Source: an uncultured Actinomycetes bacterium
GTDB lineage: Bacteria > Actinomycetota > Thermoleophilia > Gaiellales > Gaiellaceae
Assembly: GCA_963772855.1 (NCBI GenBank)
Contig: CAVYYY010000003.1
Span: 568,290-632,289, forward strand
Length of the DNA stretch: 64,000 nt
Direction of reading: 5' to 3'
Positions 58,331-64,000 of the stretch are shown one piece after another; within the stretch, counting starts at the first letter, position 1, and each line of letters opens with the position of its first letter. The notes under the pieces were generated by a model that made no database searches, was not told the origin of the DNA, and saw only the letters and a list, made by a program, of their open reading frames with translations. A program made the position numbers and the translations under genes.

Positions 58331-59938
58331 ATGACGAAGCGCATCCTCATCGCGGGTGCAGGCGTGGCGGCGCTCGAGGCGGCCTTGGCCCTCCGCGCCC
58401 TCGCGGAGGAGCGGATGGACGTCGAGCTCCTCGGGCCCGAGCCGCACTTCTGGTACCGCGCGCTGTCCGTCGCGGAGCCCTTCGAGCTGGGCGAGGCGCA
58501 TCGGTACGAGCTCGGCGAGCTCGCCGAGCTCGCCGGCGCGACGTTCACGCTCGGCGCACTCGAGGGAGTCGACGCCGATCGCCACGTCGCCCAGACGTCC
58601 GTCGGGGACATCGCCTACGACGTTCTCATCGTCGCCGTCGGCGCGATTCCCACGCCCGCCGTCGGCGGTGCGCTCACCTTTCGCGGGCCTGCCGACAGCG
58701 AGCGGCTTCGCGGCCTGCTCGACGAGATCGAGCGTGGCGAGGTCAAGCGCCCCGCATTCGTCGTACCCTCCGGCGCGGTCTGGTCGCTGCCGGTCTACGA
58801 GCTGGCGTTGATGACGGCCGCGCGCGCGGCCGACCGCGAGCTCCACGGAGTCGAGGTCGTGCTGGTGACCCCCGAGGAGGAGCCGCTGCAAATCTTCGGC
58901 CCGGCGGGCAGCGCTGCCGTCGCGGAGATGCTCGAGGCGCGCGGCATCGAGGTGCACACCGGCACCTACGTGGAAGGCTTCGTCGACGGCGAGCTGCAAC
59001 TCGTGCCGGAAGGCAAGATCGCCGCCGATCGCGTTGTCGCGCTGCCTCGCCTGCGCGGCCCGCGGCTTGGCGGCCTGCCGCAGACGGTCGAGGGCTTCGT
59101 TCCGATCGACGCGCACGGTCGCGTTCGCGGGCTCGAGGACGTCTACGCCGCAGGCGACATCACGACCTTTCCCGTCAAACAGGGCGGAATCGCCACCCAG
59201 CTTGCCGACACGGCCGCGCAGGCGATCGCCGAGAGCGTCGGCGTCGACGTCCATCCGGAGCCGTTTCGCCCGGTCCTGCGGGGGCTTCTCCTGACGGGCG
59301 GGAAGCCGAGCTACCTCCGCCGCGAACTTGCGGAAGCCGGCCTGGCCGACGCGGCAGGCCCGGAGCCGCTGTGGTGGCCGCCGGCCAAGATCGTCGGCCG
59401 GCATCTCGCACCCTTTCTCGCAGGCTTTGCCGGGATAGAGAGCCCGCCCGAGCCGACGTCGCGCCCGGGGATGGTCCACGTCGATCTCGACCTCCTCGCC
59501 GCCGAATCGCCGCCTCGCATTCCGTCCCAGGACCTCGAGGGCGTGGGCGAGACGGTGCGCGATGCCATGTCCGCAGACCCGATCGTGGTCGCACCCGAGG
59601 ACACTCTCGGCGAAGTGGCTGAGAAGATGCGCGCCGGGGAGGTGGGCTCCGCCGCCGTATCCGACTACGGACGCCTGATCGGGATCCTCACGTCCCGCGA
59701 CCTCCTGCGGGCATTCGCCGGCCGGGCGCATCCGAGCGAGGCGCGCGTCCGCGAGTGGATGACCGCTGAGCCGGTCGCCGTCCCTGCCTCCGCGCCGGTC
59801 GAGCTCGCGATCGGGCTCATGAACGAGTACGGCATCCACCACCTGCCGGTGGTTGAGGGAGAGCGCCCAGTCGGGATGCTCGGTTACCGCCAGGCTCTGC
59901 GCGTTGCGCGCGGCCGCGGTGTCGGCCTCGGCTTCTAG
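58331..59938 (+). CDS. FAD-dependent pyridine-nucleotide-disulfide oxidoreductase (SQR/NDH-2-like) fused to a C-terminal CBS pair
   Basis: Intact at 535 aa. The Rossmann motif is ILIAGAGVAALEAALAL and the second FAD motif is VYAAGDITTFP. The last ~130 aa form two CBS repeats (VRDAMSADPIVVAP..., VREWMTAEPVAVPA...HHLPVV). Confidence 0.75.
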   Translation: MTKRILIAGAGVAALEAALALRALAEERMDVELLGPEPHFWYRALSVAEPFELGEAHRYELGELAELAGATFTLGALEGVDADRHVAQTSVGDIAYDVLIVAVGAIPTPAVGGALTFRGPADSERLRGLLDEIERGEVKRPAFVVPSGAVWSLPVYELALMTAARAADRELHGVEVVLVTPEEEPLQIFGPAGSAAVAEMLEARGIEVHTGTYVEGFVDGELQLVPEGKIAADRVVALPRLRGPRLGGLPQTVEGFVPIDAHGRVRGLEDVYAAGDITTFPVKQGGIATQLADTAAQAIAESVGVDVHPEPFRPVLRGLLLTGGKPSYLRRELAEAGLADAAGPEPLWWPPAKIVGRHLAPFLAGFAGIESPPEPTSRPGMVHVDLDLLAAESPPRIPSQDLEGVGETVRDAMSADPIVVAPEDTLGEVAEKMRAGEVGSAAVSDYGRLIGILTSRDLLRAFAGRAHPSEARVREWMTAEPVAVPASAPVELAIGLMNEYGIHHLPVVEGERPVGMLGYRQALRVARGRGVGLGF

Positions 59939-60049
59939 CCGCCCTGCGGGAAAACCGAGGGGACATCTGTGGGCATCTGCGGAGGCCGGACCGCCGCGCG
60001 CTTCCTACCTTGGACTCAACGACAAGAGTCAGAAGGAGATCACCTCGCC

Positions 60050-61228
60050 ATGGCTTCATATCCCGCCACTGAGCATCACCACACCCGAGCGTCGGACACG
60101 AGCTCGGGCGCGTTCTGGATGGTCGCCACCGTCCTGCTCGGCCTCCTCGTCGCCGTCATCGGCTTCTTCGCGCTCCTGATGTGGGCGGACGCCCACAACT
60201 CGCGCAGCGCGTCGAACGACGGCGCTGCGGCGTCGAGCGCCAACTCGACCGCCGACATGCCCGGCATGGACATGTCCGGTACAGCAACCGCGAACGGCGC
60301 GCTCACGAGCTACGCCGGCGCGTCGCCGGCCAATGCCGACACTCTCGCCGCGGCGCACAAGGCGTTTCCCGCGGCGCTTCCCGCTGCGCCGGCGGGCCCC
60401 GTCGCGAACGTGAACCTCGTCCTTAAGGACGTCACAGTCGAGGTCGCTCCGGGGGTCAAGTACGCCGCATGGGCGTGGGCCGGCGGCGCCCCGGGCCCGG
60501 TGATCCACGTCCGCCAGGGCCAGCAAGTCAAGATCACGCTGACGAACAACGGTGCGATTCCGCACTCGGTGGACTTCCACGCCGCGCGCATCGCACCCGA
60601 CAAGGCGTTCGGCGACGTCATGCCGGGGAAGTCCGTGAGCTACACGTTCCGTGCGAACGATCCGGGCGTTTTCATGTACCACTGTGGCACCAAGCCGGTC
60701 CTGATGCACATCGCCAACGGGATGTACGGCGCGATCGTCGTCGAGCCGAAGCCCGGAGTGCTGCCGAAGGCCGACAAGAACTACGTCCTGGTCGCGAGCG
60801 AGTGGTACCTCGGCTCCGACGGGCTCAAGTCGCCGGCGCAGTTCAACATGGCGAAGGCGCACGCGCGGCAGCCCGACTGGATGACGTTCAACGGCTACGC
60901 CGGCCAGTACGTCGCGCACCCGCTGACCGCAAACCCGGGCGAGCTCGTTCGCTTCTGGGTCGTGGACGCCGGTCCCTCGATCGACACCGACTTCCACATC
61001 GTCGGCACGATCCTCAACACCGCGTATCCGTTCGCCGACATGAATCCGGCCCACGCCCTGCACAACGTGCAGACGGCGCCGGTTCCCGCGGGCGGCGGCG
61101 GCGTGTTCGACGTCAAGATCGACGAGCCCGGCCTCTACCCGTTCGTCTCCCACGCCTTCGCGGCAGTCGACCAGGGCCAGGTGGGCCTGCTCAACGTCGG
61201 CAACGCGAAGGGGACGATGTCCCACTGA
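60050..61228 (+). CDS. membrane-anchored NirK-like two-domain cupredoxin (copper nitrite reductase family)
   Basis: ORF 59969..61228 was trimmed to the ATG at 60050, which follows AGAAGGAGA. Cu-ligand patterns are HSVDFH and YHCGTKPVLMHIANGMYG (type 1 Cys/His/Met plus type 2 His). There is an N-terminal TM helix and a Met-rich linker. Confidence 0.7.
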   Translation: MASYPATEHHHTRASDTSSGAFWMVATVLLGLLVAVIGFFALLMWADAHNSRSASNDGAAASSANSTADMPGMDMSGTATANGALTSYAGASPANADTLAAAHKAFPAALPAAPAGPVANVNLVLKDVTVEVAPGVKYAAWAWAGGAPGPVIHVRQGQQVKITLTNNGAIPHSVDFHAARIAPDKAFGDVMPGKSVSYTFRANDPGVFMYHCGTKPVLMHIANGMYGAIVVEPKPGVLPKADKNYVLVASEWYLGSDGLKSPAQFNMAKAHARQPDWMTFNGYAGQYVAHPLTANPGELVRFWVVDAGPSIDTDFHIVGTILNTAYPFADMNPAHALHNVQTAPVPAGGGGVFDVKIDEPGLYPFVSHAFAAVDQGQVGLLNVGNAKGTMSH

Positions 61229-61233
61229 ACGCG

Positions 61234-61947
61234 GTGCGTCGGCTCCGAACTCCCCAGAAGCGGTTCGGAGCGGTGCTCGTCACCGCTGCGGCGCTTGCAA
61301 CAGTGCTCATCGGCGCCAGCCAGGTCAGTGCGCGCCAGGACGCACCCGCGGAGCGCGCCGCACCCGTCACCGCTCTGCAGAAGACGGCAGCTTTCGCCGG
61401 GATCGAGCAGCGCGGCGCCACGCTCGGCTCGCCCAACGCGCCGGTCACGCTCGTCGAATACGCCGACCTCCAGTGCCCGTACTGCGCCGAGTGGGCGCGG
61501 ACGGCACTGCCCGTCGTCGTCGACCGCTACGTCCGCACGGGCAAGGTGCAAATCGTCTTCCGCGGCCTCGCGTTCATCGGGCCGGACTCGGAGCGCGCGC
61601 TCCGCGCAGTCGTCGCGGCGGGACGCCAGGACCGGCTCTGGGACCTCGTCCATGCGCTCTACACGAGCCAGGGCATGGAGAACTCGGGATGGGTGACCGA
61701 CGGGCTCGTCCGGGCGGTGGCCGGTCAGATCTCCGGCCTCGACGCGGACCGGCTCCTCGCCGACCGCTGGGCTCCGCGCGTCTCGCCCGAGATGAGGAGC
61801 GCGGCGGTTGCGGCCCGCGCAGCCGGCGTCAGCGGCACGCCGTCCTTCGAGATCGGCCCGACCGGCGGGCCGCTCCAGCTCCTGCGCGTGAGCTCGCTCG
61901 GGCCCGGGGGCATCACGCCCGCTATCGAGGAGGCCCTCGCCCGATGA
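61234..61947 (+). CDS. DsbA-family thioredoxin-fold protein
   Basis: This is the tail of ORF 60469..61947, starting at the GTG at 61234. It has an N-terminal anchor, the active site CPYC in VEYADLQCPYCAEW, and GVSGTPSF (cis-Pro loop). Confidence 0.8.
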   Translation: MRRLRTPQKRFGAVLVTAAALATVLIGASQVSARQDAPAERAAPVTALQKTAAFAGIEQRGATLGSPNAPVTLVEYADLQCPYCAEWARTALPVVVDRYVRTGKVQIVFRGLAFIGPDSERALRAVVAAGRQDRLWDLVHALYTSQGMENSGWVTDGLVRAVAGQISGLDADRLLADRWAPRVSPEMRSAAVAARAAGVSGTPSFEIGPTGGPLQLLRVSSLGPGGITPAIEEALAR

Positions 61948-62405
61948 CCGAGCGCACGATCCGCCTCGTCGCCGGGATGTTCGCCGCCGCCGGCGTGGCG
62001 ATCACGACCTATCTGCTCGTCGCGCGGCTGACCGACAGCGCGCTCGTCTGCACGACCGGCGGCTGCGAGACGGTGCAGTCGTCGCGGTACGCGGAGGTCC
62101 TCGGAATCCCGGTCGCGGCCCTGGGCCTCGTTCTCTTCCTCGGCCTTCTGGCGTCGGCAGTCGCGAGGGGCGAGTGGGCGCGGCTGATCGGTGCCACTCT
62201 GGCACTCTCGGCCTTCCTCTTCAGCACGTACCTCTTCGTCGTCCAGATCGCCGTTCTGGGCGCCATCTGCCAGTGGTGCGTCGCGACCGACGTCGTGACG
62301 ACCGCCATCGCGGCGTTGTTCCTCCTCCGTCTCCTGGGCGCCGGAGGGCGCACGGAGGGCCGCCTGCGTGTCGTGCGGCTGTACAGCACGCCGCCAGGCG
62401 CTTGA
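61944..62405 (+). CDS. vitamin K epoxide reductase (VKOR) family protein
   Basis: ATG at 61944 overlaps the DsbA stop (ATGA). It is a 4-TM protein with loop cysteines CTTGGC and the active-site CQWC in the last helix. Confidence 0.8.
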   Translation: MTERTIRLVAGMFAAAGVAITTYLLVARLTDSALVCTTGGCETVQSSRYAEVLGIPVAALGLVLFLGLLASAVARGEWARLIGATLALSAFLFSTYLFVVQIAVLGAICQWCVATDVVTTAIAALFLLRLLGAGGRTEGRLRVVRLYSTPPGA

Positions 62406-62439
62406 CCCGCCGCCCCGGGTCGTTTATTCATACTGGACA

Positions 62440-63348
62440 GTGCGCGCTTCTCACGACCCGCGTCTGACCGTGGGGTTGATCGGTCTCGGCAACATGGGGT
62501 CGGCATTCGCAGAGCGCCTCCTGGACGCGGGCTACGAGCTGGTCGTCTTCAACCGGACCTCGGACAAGGCGAAGCCGCTCGCAAAGCGCGGCGCGATCAC
62601 GGCTGGAACAGCGGGGGAGCTCGCCGGCGGGGTCGAGGTTGTCCTCACGTCGCTCGCGAACGACGAAGCCTTCGAGGCGGTCGCGGACGAGGTGATTGCC
62701 GCCGCGAGGCCAGACACCGTCCTCGTGGACATGAGCACCGTGTCGCCCGCCGCGTCGGTCCGCGTCGCCGCGCTCGCGGAGGCCGCTTCGGTGCACTACC
62801 TGCGCGCGCCCGTCAGCGGCAACCCGACGGTCGTGCGCGCGGGCAACCTCAGCTTCATGGTCTCTGGCCCGGCGGAGACGTTCGAGCGGGTCGAGCCCGT
62901 CATCCGCGCGATCGGCCCGACCGTCCATCTCGTCGGGGACGGAGAGCAGGCCCGAATCGTCAAGCTCGCGATCAACCTCATGATCGGGGGCATCGTGCAG
63001 CTGATGTCGGAGGCGGTCGTGCTCGCAGAGGCCTCTGGGGTCGCGCGGAAGGACATCATGGAGGTCATGGGCAGCTCCGCCGTCGCGGCGCCGCTCGTCA
63101 AGTACAAGACAGAGCCGCTGCTGCACGACGACTATTCCGCGACGTTCACGACGGCGCTAATGGAGAAGGACATCGACCTCGCGCTCGACGCAGCCGAGGA
63201 TGCGGGCGTGCAGCTTCCCGTGACGCAGGAGATGAAGGGGCTCCTCCGCGACGCGATCGACGCCGGGTACGGCGACGACGACTTCCTTGCGCTCTTCCAG
63301 CACCTGCGGAGCGCTTCCCGTCATCCCGATCAGGAGGTAGTGCGGTGA
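62440..63348 (+). CDS. NAD(P)-dependent oxidoreductase, 3-hydroxyisobutyrate dehydrogenase family
   Basis: ORF 62368..63348 was trimmed to the GTG at 62440. The motif is VGLIGLGNMGSAFAERL, with downstream VDMSTVSP, APVSG and the KLAINL helix. Confidence 0.85.
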   Translation: MRASHDPRLTVGLIGLGNMGSAFAERLLDAGYELVVFNRTSDKAKPLAKRGAITAGTAGELAGGVEVVLTSLANDEAFEAVADEVIAAARPDTVLVDMSTVSPAASVRVAALAEAASVHYLRAPVSGNPTVVRAGNLSFMVSGPAETFERVEPVIRAIGPTVHLVGDGEQARIVKLAINLMIGGIVQLMSEAVVLAEASGVARKDIMEVMGSSAVAAPLVKYKTEPLLHDDYSATFTTALMEKDIDLALDAAEDAGVQLPVTQEMKGLLRDAIDAGYGDDDFLALFQHLRSASRHPDQEVVR

Positions 63349-63350
63349 GC

Positions 63351-64000
63351 ATGCGAAAGAGATCCGTCGGCTCGCCCGACGCGACGCGGGCGGTGGACTG
63401 GGAGCAGCGCATCGACTTCCCCCGCCTGCGCCAGGACCGCCTCGACCGCGCAAAGGCGGCGCTCGAGGCGTCGGATCTCGGGGCAGTCCTCCTGTTCGAC
63501 CCGAACAACATCCGCTACGTCACGAGCACGCACATCGGCGAGTGGGCGCGCGACAAGAACGCGCGCTTCGCCCTCCTCCCGCGCGGCGGCGACCCGATCC
63601 TGTGGGACTTCGGCTCGGCGGCGAAGCACCATCAGCTGTTCGCCCCGTGGCTCCCGCCGGAGAACTTCCGTGCCGGCGTGGCGCCGATGCGCGGTGCGAT
63701 GCCGGTCGAGACGGGGATCCCGGACCGCCTCGGCACGCGCATCGCAAACGAGCTGCGGGAGTTCGGCCTCCAGGACGAGCCGCTCGGCGTGGACATGGCC
63801 GACCTCGTCACGATCGAGGCGCTGCAGCGGGCGGGCGTCCACGTCACGGACGGGTCGCGGGTCCTCCTGGAGGCGCGCAAGATCAAGACGGCGCAGGAGA
63901 TCGCGCTGCTCGACCAGTCGGCGGGCCTCGTCGACGCCGTCTACGACGAGATCTACCGGATGCTTCGGCCCGGCGTGTACGAGCACGAGATCGTGGCGCG
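63351..64000 (+). CDS. M24-family metallopeptidase (Xaa-Pro aminopeptidase/creatinase-like), 3' partial at window end
   Basis: I read this frame by eye; it is open to the window end and is not in the ORF track. The sequence runs MRKRSVGSPDATRAVDWEQRIDFPRLRQDRLDRAKAALEASDLGAVLLFDPNNIRYVTS...EARKIKTAQEIALLDQS. The antisense ORF 63330..63986 was rejected. Confidence 0.7.
   Translation, partial: MRKRSVGSPDATRAVDWEQRIDFPRLRQDRLDRAKAALEASDLGAVLLFDPNNIRYVTSTHIGEWARDKNARFALLPRGGDPILWDFGSAAKHHQLFAPWLPPENFRAGVAPMRGAMPVETGIPDRLGTRIANELREFGLQDEPLGVDMADLVTIEALQRAGVHVTDGSRVLLEARKIKTAQEIALLDQSAGLVDAVYDEIYRMLRPGVYEHEIVA

Noticed and set aside
63330-63986. 218-aa minus-strand ORF at the window end
   Set aside because: The plus-strand frame, open to the window edge, reads as an M24 peptidase/creatinase-like N-terminal domain. 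The minus-strand product is Arg/Asp/Val-rich with no motifs.

Overview
This is a 64-kb chromosomal segment of about 70% GC by eye. Its gene order looks actinobacterial; I infer Actinomycetota, possibly a Thermoleophilia/Rubrobacteria-like lineage, but I could not search to confirm. The backbone is housekeeping blocks: tig-clpP-clpX, valS-folC-ndk, maf-mreB-mreC-mreD-mrdA-rodA, rne-rplU-rpmA-obg-nadD-rsfS, a principal-type sigma-70 factor, and sucA. I hand-folded four tRNA genes: His-GTG, Arg-TCG, Leu-TAG and Ala-GGC. Accessory content falls into five groups. (1) A stretch at 1.1-7.2 kb lies between the tRNA-His/Arg pair and tRNA-Leu. It carries a compact SLATT(DUF4231) / TIR / SLOG-SLATT cassette, an MFS transporter and a two-HKD PLD-family protein. 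(2) There are secreted and envelope proteins: GH9, an NlpC/P60-like lipoprotein operon, a tandem CHRD protein, a CBM-Ig-beta-helix protein, and an alpha/beta-hydrolase fusion. (3) A c-di-GMP cluster holds two GGDEF proteins, one of them also HD-GYP. (4) A redox/copper cluster holds an SQR-like flavoprotein fused to CBS domains, a membrane-anchored NirK-like cupredoxin, DsbA and VKOR. (5) A ~670-bp stretch at 57.66-58.33 kb has lower GC and no supportable ORF. The best candidate for a new system is the TIR + SLOG-SLATT + SLATT cassette at 1114-4344, which reads like a Thoeris-type signalling defence whose SIR2 effector is replaced by membrane effectors. Caveat: about 30 reading-frame breaks hit 14 genes, including essential ones (valS, rne, rplU, obg, nadD, mrdA, rodA). 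They are all between 3.5 and 37.1 kb, with none after 37.2 kb. This points to sequencing or assembly indels rather than real pseudogenes. Frameshifted genes are therefore listed as single CDS spans with the break positions noted. No CRISPR array, integrase or transposase was found.
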